The notes under the pieces were generated by a model. That model did not search any database. It saw only the letters and a program-made list of their open reading frames with translations, and had not been told where the DNA came from. Shown here one piece after another: positions 25,894-39,157 of a stretch of 64,000 nt of DNA (positions are counted from its first letter, which is position 1; every line of letters begins with the position of its first letter). This DNA comes from Cenococcum geophilum (taxonomy: Eukaryota), in NCBI GenBank assembly GCA_050273025.1, contig CP158636.1, positions 11,222,001 through 11,286,000 on the forward strand, written 5' to 3'. Position numbers and translations under genes: made by a program.

Positions 25894-28800
25894 TAGGTAT
25901 TAGAGGTCTAGGTTAGGCTTAGTATAACCTTAGGTTACATATAACCCCCTAAGGTCCGCGACATATTGTTTAAATATTACCCCCCCTTTTAGTGGTGGCC
26001 CCTACTTTTTAAACGCGTTTTTAAGGCCTAGGTTAGTACTAGGTTAATATAAAGGACCTTATTACGCGCCTTTAACCTTATCGTCGCCTTAATAATCTAT
26101 TTTTTAACCCTCTTCTTATTCTTATACCTATGCTAGCTTCTAGCTTACGTAAGGCTTTTGGTTTTATATAGAACGGCCTACTATAATTCTAATTCTATAA
26201 TATAGAGCTCTCTTCTTCTCCTTCTCTATTAATATTTACGCGTTTAGTAGCTTTATTTACCTATACCTACGCTATACTTACGCGTCTTCCCCCTAACCTC
26301 TTATAAAGATAGAGTTTTTTAAGAATCTTCTTACCCTATAGTCTACTTTGTAGTTAAAGGAAGCCCCTATAGCCTCCTCCTTCCCCTCCTCCTATAGCCT
26401 TTAGAACGAATTTAAGGCCTAAACGGTACGGCTATATAATATTTATAAGGCCTAGCGCTTAAAGAATACTATAAGGGCGTATAAGCTAAAGTAGAAAGAG
26501 TAGAAAGACTAGTATATAAAACTAGAAGGTAATATAGACGGCGCCTAGGTAATAGAAGATAAGCTTTACCTATTTTTAGAGCAGTAAGTTATTAACTAAG
26601 AATTATAGGCTGCTAGCTATTAAAAACGGAAGTTAAAATAGAAAAAAATATAGAAAGATGGTAAGCGGGCAAAGAAGAGGTAGAAGATAGTTAAGCGGGT
26701 AGGGTAGCTAGAGGGGAAGTTAGCTATAGGGGTAGCTATAGAGGCAGCTATAGGCATAGGGGAGGAAGCTATAAAGGAGAAAGGGGAGATATAGGATAAG
26801 GAGGCCCTAAATACCCTATTTAACAAGATAGTCTAATACTTAGTTATAAATAGCTATATCTCCGCTATTACCAAGCTTTACGCGTAGTAGTTAAAAGGTA
26901 AAACCTTATAGCCACTGCGGGGGGCAAAGCCCTTAGTAGTACTAGATAGCGTCTACCGTAATAAGGACCGGATTTAACGCGTTAACTTTATTAATTAAGG
27001 CCTGTTTATAATTACTAGCGGCTATAATATTAAAGGGCTTAAAAAGGCAATTACTTAGTGCTAGGAGACGGGCTCTAAGATACTAGGTTTAGTTAAATCT
27101 TACCTTTAAACTGCAGCTAAGTATTTATTAGGTTTATATATACCCTACCTAGTCTATATAGCTACCGTTTTCTAACCCGTTCCTTAGGCTATACTACCAT
27201 TACCTATAGTAAAAGTAGATAAGATATTTAGCTTACTAACCTTATTCTTATTAAACTAGAGAATAAAGGGCCTAAACTAGATAAGTTAGCGCTGTATATA
27301 ATTATGTTAATAATATAAAGGAAGTAGAATTGGTATAGTAAGGTTAAGTATATAGGCTATATACGGAACGCTAACCCTATCCTCTACCCCCTCTCTATAG
27401 TAGCCTTCTACTTCTTTAACTACTAGGGTAAAGACGGCGCTAAAAGCTTCCTATCCTTTTGGCAGTTAGAGGACTACTATAACCTATACATTTTCCCTAG
27501 TAGTATTAATGTACCGTAATAGCCGCTAAGCTATTATACGTAGTTTAAATAAAAAAAAAAATTCTAGGGGGTAGGAATTTACTTAAAGAAGAAAACCTAT
27601 AGCGCCCGTAAGCAGAGCATCTAGTATACTAAGCTTAGTAGCGTTAAGGAGACCTAAATTAAACGGGCTAGATGCTAGAATACGGACGTAATAATAGGAG
27701 CCTACCTTAGCTACCTACCCTGTGCATTTATACGGTCAATTACCGGCTTCCTAAAGGAAGGAAAGGGCTACTTTCTTTCTTACGCATGGGAGGTGCTAGA
27801 GGAGGCCCTTTATTTAAAGATATAGCCTAAGACTAATATCTAGCTAAAATATATAGAGGCCTACTACCTAGGTAGGGCCGATAATAAGGTTATACGGCTT
27901 AACTTTATAGGCTTAGGATTTCTACGCCTTCTCCGCGCGCTTAGGGTAATCCTATTATAGGACTTAGTAATCCTATATAAGTAGTTCCTACTCCACCCCC
28001 TATAGAAGAACCCCCTCTTTAGCTATAAGGAGTACTAAAGGTTTACTACGCGGGTAAAAAGCTTACTAGCTAACGTAGTTACGCTAAATAAGCTAATAAT
28101 GTGGAAATACTAGCCCGCCTATAAGGCTGTAGCTAAGCTAAGATATAAGGCCGTAATCTTTAAGATAAAGGGGGTTTAATTACGCGTATAGACGATTTTA
28201 GAGCGCCTTAGCGAAATAGAAAAGTTATTAGCATTATTTGCACCTATATAGATCTAGTAAGGGAAGATAGGTATCTAAATAGGGCCTACAGAGTCTATAT
28301 ATCCACCTTTAGGCAGGCCCGCACCGTCTACTATAACATTTACTATATCCGCGCCGCCTGCTTAGCTATCTATAATATCTATACTACCCACTTAGCTACT
28401 GTTTATAATATCCACACCGTCCGCTTAGCCGTTTATAATATTTATACTATCCGCTTAGCTGTCTATAATATTTATACCGCCCACTTAGCCGTCTACTATA
28501 TCTATATTGCCCCTATTAGCGTAGGTATAAGCTAATACTTAACTATCTCTCCTATTTATCCTTAACCTATAGGCGCCGCTAAGGAAATATAAAATACTTT
28601 AAGGCGGTAATTTAGTCTTCTAGCTCTAGACTAAGTGGACTTTAGGGCTAGCGGATGGGCTGTTAATTAAAGCTCTTAATTGCTACTAGGGGGCACGCTA
28701 GCGGGTTAATAGCAAGGCTATATTCTATAGCCATTGCTATAGGATAATTAAGGATATAAGACGGCGTGTAGAAGACAGTATAGTAAGAGATAAAAGATAG

Positions 28801-29450
28801 GCTATTAACTAGCTGGAACAGCTATAAGGTCGGCGTTCTTTAGATTAGCTTTATAAAAATATCTAAATAGTTATTTTACTATAGTAACTAAGACGCCTTA
28901 ATATATAACTACACTATAGTAACTAAGACGCCTCTATATATAATTACACTGCAGTAACTAAGATGCCTTAATATATAACTGCATTGCAGTAACTAAGACG
29001 TCTTAATATAGAACTATACTAGTAACCAAGACGTCTTAATATAGGACTGTACTATAGTGACTGAGACGCCTTAATATATAACTACACTATAGTGACCAAA
29101 ACGTCTTAATATAGGACTATACTGTATTAACCGAGACGCCTTAATATAGGACTATACTATAGTAACTAAGATGTCTTAATATAGGACTATACTATAGTAA
29201 TTAAGACGCCTTAATATAGGAATAGAGCCTGTTTAGGTGTTATAAATTTAGAGTAATATTACGCGACCGTCTAGAAGTACCAATTTAATATAAATTATAT
29301 ACCTTTTCACCTAAAATCGCGTGCGAAAGTACTTAGGGGTGGTTGCTGCGCGACCTCGTATAGGCTTTAGGTGCGTTATTAGTAGGGGTAGCCCTAACCT
29401 TATATTAACCTAGGTCGTAACCGCGCTAAATTAGCCCCCCTAATATGTGA
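25894..29450 (+). mobile_element. Crypton unit 2 of 3 (3557 bp), RIP-inactivated
   Basis: Colinear with unit 1 end to end; differences are almost all C/T and G/A; one extra 30-bp intragenic repeat. Confidence 0.9.
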
Positions 29451-32400
29451 TAGGTATTAGAGATCTGGGTTAGGCTTAGTATAACCTTAGGTTATATATA
29501 ACCCCCTAAGGTCCGCAATATATCGTCCAAATATTACCCCCCCCTTTTAGTAGTAGCCCCTACTTTTTAGACGCGTTTTTAAGGCCTAAGTTAGTACTAG
29601 GTTAGTATAGAGGACCTTATTACGCGCCTTTAACAATCCATTTTTAACCCTTTTTCTATTCTTATGCCCGCGCTAGCTTCTAGCTTATATAGGGCTTTTA
29701 GTTTTATATAGAACGGCCTACTATAATTCTAATTCTATAATATAGAGCTCTCTTCTTCTCCTTGTCTATTAATATTTACGCATTTAGTGGCTTTATTTAC
29801 CTATACCCGCGCTATACTTACGCGTCTTCCCCCTAACCTCTTATGGAGATAGAGTCTTTTAAGAATCTTCTTACTCTATAGTCTACTTTATAGTTAAAGG
29901 AAGCCCTCCTAGCCTCCTTCTTCCCCTCCTTCTATAGCCTCTAGAATGAATTTAAGGCCTAAACAGTATGGCTATATAATATTTATAAGGCCTAGCGCTT
30001 AAAGAATACTATAAGGGCGTACGAGCTAAAGTAGAAAGAGTGGGAAGACTAGTATATAAGACTAGAAGGCAATATAAACGGCGCCTAGGTAATAAAAAAT
30101 AAGCTTTACCTATTTTTAGAGTAGTAAGTTATTAACCAAAAATTATAGGCTGCTGGCTATTAAAAACGGAAGTTAAAATAGAAAGAGATATAGAAAGATA
30201 GTAAGCGGGTAAAGAAGAGGTAGAAGACGGTTAAGCGGGTAAGGCAGCTAGAGGGGAAGTTAGCCATAAGGGTAGCTATAGCGGCAGCTATAGGCATAGG
30301 GGAGGAAGCTATAAAGGAGGAAGGGGAGATATAGGATAAGGAGGCCCTAAACGCCCTATTTAACGAAATAGTCTAATACTTAGTTATAAATAGCTATATC
30401 TCCGCTATTACTAAGCTTTACGCGTAGTAGTTAAAAGGTAAGACCTTATAGCTACTATAGAGGGCAAAGCTTTTAGCAGTACTAGATAGTATTTACTATA
30501 ATAAAGACCGGATTTAATACGTTAACTTTATTAATTAAGGCCTATTTATAATTACTAGCGGCTATAACGTTAAAGGGCTTAAAAAGGCGATTACTTAGTA
30601 CTAGGAGACGGGCTCTAAGATACTAGGTTTAGTTAAGTCTTACTTTTAAACTGCAGCTAAGTATTTATTAGGTTTATATATACCCTACCTAGTTTATATA
30701 GCTGCCGTTTTTTAACCCGTTCCTTAGGCCATACTACTATTACCTATAGTAAAAGTAGATAAGATATTTAGCTTACTAACCTTATTCTTATTAAACTAGA
30801 AAATAAAGGGCCTAAACTAGATAAGTTAGCGCTATATATAATTATATTAATAATATAAGGGAAGCAGAATTAGTATAGTAAGGTTAAGTATATAGGCTAT
30901 ATACGGAACGCTAACCCTATCCTCTACCCCCTCTCTATAGTAGCCTTCTACTTCTTTAACTACTAGGGTAAAAACGGCGCTAAGAGCTTTTTATCCTTTT
31001 AGTAGCTAGAGAACTATTATAACCTATACGTCTTCCCTAGTAGTATTAAAGTACTATAATAGCCGCTAAGCTATTATATATAGTTTAAATAAAATAAAAA
31101 GATATTTTAGGGGGTAGGAATTTACTTAAAGGAGAAAACCTATAGTGCCTGTAAGTAGAGCGTCCGGTATACTAAGCTTAGCAGTATTAAGAAGACCTAA
31201 ATTAGATAGGCTGGACGCTAGAATACAAACGTGATAACAGGAGCCTACCTTAGTTACCTACCCTATACGTTTATATGGTTAATTACCGGCTTCCTAAAGA
31301 AAGGAAAGGGCTACTTTCTTCCCTACGTACAAGAGGTGCTAAAGAAGGCCCTCTATTTAAAGATATAGCCTAAGACTAATATCTAGCTAAAATATATAGA
31401 GGCCTACTATTTAGGTAGGGCTGATAATAAGGTTATATAGCTTAACCTTATAGGCTTAGGATTTTTACGCCTCCTTCGCGCACTTAGGACTTAGTAATCC
31501 TATATAAGTAGTTCCCGCTCCACCCCCTATAGAAGAACCCCCTCTTTAGCTATAAGGAGTACTAAAGGTTTGCTATATAGGTAGAAAGCTTACTAGCTAA
31601 TATAGTTACGCCGGATAAGCTAATAATATAAAAATACTGGCCCGCCTATAAGGCTATAGCTAAGCTAAAATATAAGGCCGTAATCTCTAAGATAAAGGGG
31701 GTTTAATTACGCGTGTAGATAATCTTAGAGCGCCTTAGCGAAATAAAAAGGTTATTAGCATTATTCGCACCTATATAGATTTAGTAAGGGAAGACGGGTA
31801 TTTAAATAGGGCCTACGGAGTCTATATATCCACCTTTAGGCGAGCCCACGCTATCTACTATAATATCTACTATATCCACGCCGCCTATTTAGCCGTCTAT
31901 AATATTTATACTACCCGCTTAACCGTTATTTATAATATCCGCACCATTTGCTTAGCCGTCTATAATATCCGCACCGTCCGCTTAGCCGTCTATAATATCT
32001 ACACCGCCCGCTTAACCGTCTACTATATCTATATTACCCCTACTAGCGTAGGTATAAGCTAATACTTAACTATCTCTCCTATTTATTCTTAACCTATAGG
32101 CGCCGCTAAGGAAATATAAAATACTTTAAGGTGGTAATTCGGTCTTCTAGCTCTAGATTAAGTGGACTTTAGGGCTAGCGGGTAGGCCGTTAATTAAAGC
32201 TCTTAATTACTACTGGGGGGCACGCTAGTAGGTTAATAGCGAGGCTATATTCTATAGCCGTCGCTATAGGATAATTAAGGATGTAAGACGGCGCGTAAAA
32301 GATGGTATAGTAAGAGATAAGAGATAGGCTATTAACCAGCTAGAACAGCTATAAGGTTAGCGTTCTTTAGATTGGCTTTATAAGAATATCTAAATAGTTA

Positions 32401-32949
32401 TTTTACTATAGTAACTAAGACGCCTTAATATATAACTACACTATAGTAACTAAAACGCCTTTATATATGATTACACTATAGTAACCGAGACGCCTTAATA
32501 TATAACTGCACTATAGTAACCAAGACGTCTTAATATAGGACTATACTAGTAACCGAGACGTCTTAATATAGGACTGCACTGTAGTAACTAAGACGCCTTA
32601 ATATATAACTGCACTATAGTAACCAAAACGTCTTAATATAGGACTGCACTGTATTAACTAAGACGTCTTAATATAGGACTATACTATAGTAACTAAGACG
32701 CCTTAATGTAGGAATAGAGCCCGTTTAGGTGTTATAAATTCAGAGTAATATTACGCGACCGTCTAGAAGTACCGATTTAACACAAATTATATACCTTTTC
32801 GCCCAAAATCGCGTGCGAAAGTACTTGGGGGCGGTCGCTGCGCGACCTCGTGTAGGGTTCGGGCGCGTTATTAGTAGGGGTAGCCCTAACCTCGTATTAA
32901 CCCGGGTCGTAACCGCGCCAAATCAGCCCCCCCAATATGTGATAGATAC
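29451..32949 (+). mobile_element. Crypton unit 3 of 3 (~3492 bp), RIP-inactivated
   Basis: Colinear with units 1-2. Private small deletions near 29632 and 31487; nine instead of ten 35-bp repeats; ends at TGTGA-TAGATAC. Confidence 0.9.
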
Positions 32950-33125
32950 GGCAGTATGCTGCACCACATTGTTAAATACGGCAGTTAGCTGCACCGCATT
33001 GTTGAATACAGTAGTTAGCTGCACTGCGTTATTAAATACAGCAGTATACGGCAGTATGCTGCATCGCATTATTAAATACAGCAGTATGCCGCACCGCATT
33101 ATTAAATACGGCAGTATGCCGCACC
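32946..33125. repeat. 30-bp tandem repeat, ~6 copies, abutting the right end of the Crypton array
   Basis: Unit atacggcagtatgc(c/t)gcaccgcattattaa; little RIP. Confidence 0.85.
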
Positions 33126-33234
33126 TTAGTCGATACTATACGCTACACGTTATAGTGCGCGGAATGCGCATTTGGCCGCCAAATGCTGCCAAATGCTGTA
33201 AAAATGCTGGTAAATTTTTTCCTGACGAGATAAA

Positions 33235-36200
33235 GCTATATAAAGTAGTTATTAATTAGGATAACCTTAAGCTTTTATTTACTGCCCCGCGTTATAAGTA
33301 AGAATGCTCTATAATATACCGCCTTAACCCTAAACTAAAATCTAGGAAACCTACTAAAATTTATTAGCCTAAGATTTCTACTAATATCCACCCCGCGCCT
33401 AAAGAATCTACTAGATTCCACCAACCTGGGAATTCTACCGAATTTTACCGATATAAGACTTCTACTAATATTCATTAAGGATCTGAAAATTCCACTAAAC
33501 CCTATAAACTAATTCTGACTACTATACCGCCCTAAGCTAAGCAGAAGCTTAAGCTTAATATACGAAAATATTAGAAGGACTAGTATTCTACTATAAAAAG
33601 GATTCTTAAAGAACCCGAACCTAAATCTAATATTAACTCCGTACCTAATACTAAACCTAAACCTAAATAAGAAACTATAGACAATCCAAGCGAGCTTAAT
33701 ACCCTAGATATCCGCATAATTAGAACTGCCCTACTAGCGCAACTTACTAAGAAACCCAAGTATATAATCTTTGCTATTACAATAGCCAATATTAAAAAGG
33801 CCTTAGTACTAAAGAAGTACACTAACCCTACCACAAAGGTACCAGTAGAGTATTATTACCGTTTAGATACATTCTTATAAAAGGAAGCTAATAAGCTACT
33901 AGAACACCAACTATACGACTATAAGATTATACTTAAAGAAAGAAAGTAGCCTAGATTTAGACCCTTATACGGGATATCCTAAAATAAACTCTAAGTGCTA
34001 TAAAAGTATTTAGACGAGAACCTAAGTAAAGGATTTATTAGAGTAAGCTTATCGCCTATAGCTGTACTAGTAATCTTTATTAAGAAACCTAGTGGTAGTC
34101 TACGCTTCTATATAGACTACTAAGCTCTTAATGCCGTTATCGTTAAGAACTAATATCTAATCCCGTTAATATAAGAGACGCTAAACTAACTAAGTAAGGC
34201 TCATTACTACACGAAGCTTAATATTATCTCTGCGTTTAACCGCCTCTGTATTATAAAGGGAGATAAATAGCTTACTACATTTCGTACCCGATATAGACTA
34301 TTTAAGTACTTAATAATACCCTTTAGCCTTATAAACGCTCTGAGCTCGTTTTAACATTATATAAATAACACCCTACGTCCCTACCTAGATATCTTCTATA
34401 CTGCTTATATTAACAACATCCTAATATATAGTAATAACCTAACCGAATATCGGAAACACGTTGACCTTATCCTATAAGCCCTATACGGAGCTAGTCTATA
34501 ATTAAATATAAATAAGTGCGAGTTTTATAAAATAGAAGTCCTATACCTTAGACTTCTTATTTTTATAAATGGTATATAAATAGACCTAAAGAAAGTTAAA
34601 GTAATTATAAACTGGCAAGAACCCGAGAACGTTAAGGACGTAAGAGCCTTTATAGGATTTACTAATTTCTACTAACAGTTTATTAATAACTTCTCCGCCC
34701 TAGTTTTACCCTTTATAGCTTTAACCCAAAAGAATAAAGTCTTTATCTTTGATAAGGAATGTAAAAAGGCCTTTGCCTATCTAAAGGTTATATTTACTAC
34801 TACGCCTATACTCTAATACTTTAACCTAAACTAAATAAGTGTTATAGAAGCCGACTTATCTAACTATATTACTAAAGGTATCCTATCTTCATATAATAAG
34901 GATAGAGTATTATACCCTATAGCATACTTTTTAAAACGACTAAGCCTAGCTAAATATAACTACAAGATCTATAATAAGGAATTATTAGCTATTATTAGAT
35001 ATTTTAAATAATAGCGACCTAAACTAAAAGGCGCTAGATTTTTAATTAAGGTCCTTAGCGACCATAAGAACCTATAGTACTTTATAACTACGAAACAGCT
35101 AAGCCACCGTTAGGCCCGCTAGTTAAAATACCTATCCCGTTTCTAATTCTTAATTACGTACTATCTAGGCGTTTAAGGCTAGAAGCCTAATACCCTAACC
35201 TAATGCTCGCAAGACGTACTAGCACTAAAAAAAGCGCGCTCTTACCAAAATTAAACCCTACTTCGTCCTGAACTATTTAACCCTCTTACTAAAGATATTA
35301 TAGTATACGTCCTTAAAATAACTAATCGATTAATTAAACAGATTATAACTAATAAATACCTAAATAACGAGTTTATTTAAGAGACGCTTAAGCTAATATA
35401 AGATAGCATTAGACACTCTAAAAGGATTTCCCTAAGTAAATATAAAGCTTATAGGAACCGCTTATACTACCAGAACCGCCTAGTTATACCTAACTATAAC
35501 AAACTTAAGCTTAAGCTTCTTAAACACGTATACAACCTACTTACCGCCGGCCACCTAGGCTAAGAAAAAACCCTAGAGCTACTCTAACGGGAGTATTACT
35601 GGCTAAATATATATAATATAACACGAAGGTATATCTCTAGCTACTATATCTATTAATAAGCTAAAGCTTCGCATAAGACATATAACGGCCTCCTAAAGCC
35701 ATTACCCATTCCGGACTAAAGATAGAAGAATATCTTAATTAACTTTATTATTAACCTCCCTATAAGTAAAGACTGCACGAATATTATAGTAGTGGTAGAC
35801 CGACTATCTAAGATAAGGCACTTAATCGCCTGCCCTAATATATTAACGCCTACCGTCGCCTAACTATTCCTAGATTATATATAGAAACTCCACAGACTCC
35901 CTAAAACGATTATCTCTAATAAAGGCAGCTAGTTTATCTCTATATTCTAGAAAAAACTAACTACCCAACTCCGCATTAAAGCACTGTTATTTATAGTATA
36001 CTACCTAAAAATAAATAGTTAAATAGAACGTATAAATGCTATAATAGAATAGTATACCTAGATATACACGTCGTACCTATAAGATAACTAGATTAACTAG
36101 CTTGCATTTACTAAGTTTACTATAAATAATTCCGCCTTAAAAACTATAAAGGTCTCCCTATTTCTAGCTAACTACGGCTAGTATCTATAAATAGGTTTTA

Positions 36201-37145
36201 AACCCTTTAGTAATGTTCCTCGCCCTACTTATTACGCCTTATAAGTTATAGAAGTAAACAAATTTATAGAGAAGATAGAGGAACTATAATAGTTCCTTAC
36301 TAATGAAATAATATGGGCTTAATCTATTTATAAAGCCGTAGCGAATAAGAAACAAACCCTAGCACCAGCCTATTAAGTTAGTAACTTCGTCTAGCTAAAT
36401 ATAAGAAACCTAAACACAAAACGCCTTGCTAAGAAGCTTAATTAGAAGAACGCTAGCCCTTATAAAATTAAAAAGGTCGTTTCCTCTTACGCCTATTAGT
36501 TAAAGCTCCCTAATATGGTTAAAATCCACCCCGTATTCTATACGTTAGTCCTTCGCCCTACTACTCCTATATTAAACGCCCTACCTAAATAAATATAAGA
36601 CCCTCCCCTACTAGTTAAAGTAGATAGTAAGAACGAGTACTTTATTAAAAGAATTAATAATATTAAGTATAATAAATGGAAACGCTAGTATATATACCTT
36701 ATAAAATGGAGAGGCTTTATTAAGCCCTTATGGGAACCCGTTAACTCTATAGGACTTATATAAGCCGCAGAAGACTTTTATAAACTCCACCTAGAACTAC
36801 TACAGCCCTATCTCACAGAAGCTTAAGTTTAAAGGGGGGGGGGTACTATTATAGGACACCCCGTAACACCTTGTACACGTTTACCTATTTCTACTAACTT
36901 AGTAATTAGAGACTAACCGCGAAATGGCAATCTAATGGCAATTTAATAGCAATCTAACGGTAATCTATGGCATTCTGCTATATTTTACCAAGTTCTACTA
37001 AATTCTACTAAGTTTTGCCAGGACTATAACCTAAACCCTATTCTACCCTATATATATATTAACTAAGCAATTAAGTCAACAATATATGCCCTTTCTTCCC
37101 GTTTTCCTACCTTCTTTCCTTACATAACGTCTTAATCTTATTACA
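33235..37145 (+). mobile_element. 5'-truncated Ty3/Gypsy chromovirus (family C): end of PR, RT, RNase H, IN, chromodomain; PPT; 3' LTR ~36847-37145
   Basis: RT FYTAYINNILIYS (= YIDD) at ~34394-34432; RNase H VIEADLSNY; integrase AGHLG*EKTLELL*REYYW; AGPY-type motif; chromodomain YLIKWRGF; poly-G PPT at ~36833-36843, then LTR T(G)T...TTACA. No gag or 5' LTR. Confidence 0.9.
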
Positions 37146-37215
37146 CGGTTTATGTATATAGCTTAATAATATCTACTTTGCTATATATTATCGTCGCTTA
37201 TACTTACTCCGTAAT

Positions 37216-37506
37216 ACTCTAAGCCAAAGCTTTTAGGGTAAGCCGTAGCTTGTAAAATTATATAGAATCTTTTAAGCCAAAGCTTAAGGTAAGTTATAGC
37301 TCTAGGGGATAACCGCCTATAGTTAAGTCTTGGTAGCCCCTTAGCTAATAACTAAAGAGTTTCTAGGTTGGGCCATAGCCCTTAGATAAGCCGTAACTCT
37401 TAAGGTAAGCTATAGCTTATAAGATCGCATAGAATCTCTAAGCCGAAGCTCTTAGGATAAGCTATAGCTAATAAGACTATATAAAATCCTTAAGCCAAAA
37501 CTTTGG
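37216..37506. repeat. Degenerate repeat with aagcc(g/a)(t/a)agct subunits, ~52-bp higher order
   Basis: Recurrent aatctctaagccgaagct...gtaagccgtagct motifs; origin unknown. Confidence 0.5.
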
Positions 37507-37571
37507 GTTGCATTTAATCTAGAAGCGTATAGTAGTAGTTATAGCTTTAAAAACTAGCCGGTAGTTCTTTA

Positions 37572-38988
37572 TATTACGAACCTTATATTAGTAGTAGTAT
37601 AGCTATAAAAAAGATATATAAATGGATTAGTTAAGATAGTATAGGAGGTACTAGAACCGATTAAGCTATAGAATAATTCTTAATTCTTAATTAACGTCTA
37701 ATACGGTCCCAATTAAGGTCTATATAAACTATTACCATAATATAGATACAAAAAACCTCTAAGGCGAACGTGAGTGATAATACAGAGTATACTCCTCTAG
37801 GTAGTACGTCCGTATTACGTTAACGGGAGGAAAAATACCTTTAGGTTGCTGCTCTAAGACTCCTATACAGGAGTGTCCTAAATACCTATCTTGCTTTATC
37901 TGCCGCTCGTACTATACTTTCTATTAGATTTATACTTGCCGTAAAATTAGTGTAATTCTAAGATTAACGTAATCCTGCCCTTCCGCCCTATATATATATC
38001 GCCTACGGTCCTCCTACTTGCAGTATAATTTCCACCCTAAAGGAATAGCGGGACGTAGTGTAAAACTAGGTATTTTATCATTGGGCCCTAACCTAGGTCC
38101 CCTATATCCTATTTTTTATATCTTAGCTAGGTTTTAAAAAAGACGTAGAGGAAGACAGATGCCGCGTAGGTAGGTCTAAGCTGTTAGGTAAAGTAGGGAA
38201 TAAGAGGCTTATTATAGGCCTCCTACCTATAAGGTATATATTACGCGTATAACGTAGTTATACTATATAGAAGGGAGGGGTCGCTAAAGGTAGGTCGCCG
38301 TGGTTTAATAGCTTAAATATATATGTTAAAATATAGTAGCTATATTTATAAGTCTCCGCTAGGGCTTACCCTCCTAGTAAAAAATTCTTCCCATTACTAC
38401 TAGTCGTAGCGTCTGAGATGCGCTGCCGTATATAACGTCTCTGTTTACTCTGGCAGTTTATTAGCACAATCTATAATAATAAAACGCCAATAGCTATCTA
38501 CTAGGGTTTTAGGCTCTACCGCGTAGAGGTATAGAGGCCAATTTTATAGAGTCGTTTTATTGACTAGATCTTAGCGCCAAGACCTATAAAAACTCTGCTG
38601 TTCTAACGGCGTTAAAGGTTAAGAATTTAAAGGCGCCCTCTAGCTATAACGTAGCGCCGCTGCATTAGTAACAGATAAGATCCTTACTTTTAGCTTAACC
38701 ATATAGACAAAATAAGACGGAAAGGAACCCCTATAGGATAGTATAGGTCAGATCTCGATTTTAGTGTTCCTAAGCTATAGAATAAGGGGTAGCTAAGTTA
38801 TATAGTTAGTTATATTATAGGTTCGGAATATAAGAATATAGGACGTACTAATATACTAACGTACTAACGTACTTAGTACATTTCTTAGGCATAGTATTAA
38901 ATACTTAAAGGACCACAGTCGCTACCTAGATAGTTCTCTTCTTTATAATAAATCTTAGAATATAATTAAAGTTAATCTATTAGGTAAC
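37572..38988 (+). mobile_element. Gypsy family A2 LTR, interrupted by a non-LTR insertion and cut at 38988 by Gypsy B
   Basis: 37572-37676 plus 38786-38988 align with the LTRs at 57339 and 57814 (tattacg.accttatattag..., ggggtagctaagttatatagttag..., tacctagatagttctcttctttata). Confidence 0.85.
37677..38770 (-). mobile_element. 1.09-kb non-LTR-type (retroposed) insertion with no recognised coding motif
   Basis: 15-bp TSD TAAGCTATAGAATAA at 37662-37676 and 38771-38785; short-repeat tail (AATTAAG)2 at the minus-strand 3' end. Confidence 0.75.
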
Positions 38989-39157
38989 TATAAGGGGACT
39001 TATAAATAGAGGGCTATAAGGACACGATTATAGAATAGGATAGATTAGTAGAGGAGACAAATCCTTAAGGAGGTAAGGCCTTAGGGATTGTAGAGACTAT
39101 ATACTACGGGTATATACCTTTAACACATAACCGGCGACTATCTAAGGGGCGTTTAGG

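Noticed and set aside
32813..33259. 148-aa ORF crossing the Crypton right end
   Set aside because: GTG start, spans an element boundary and a 30-bp tandem repeat; no recognisable domain.
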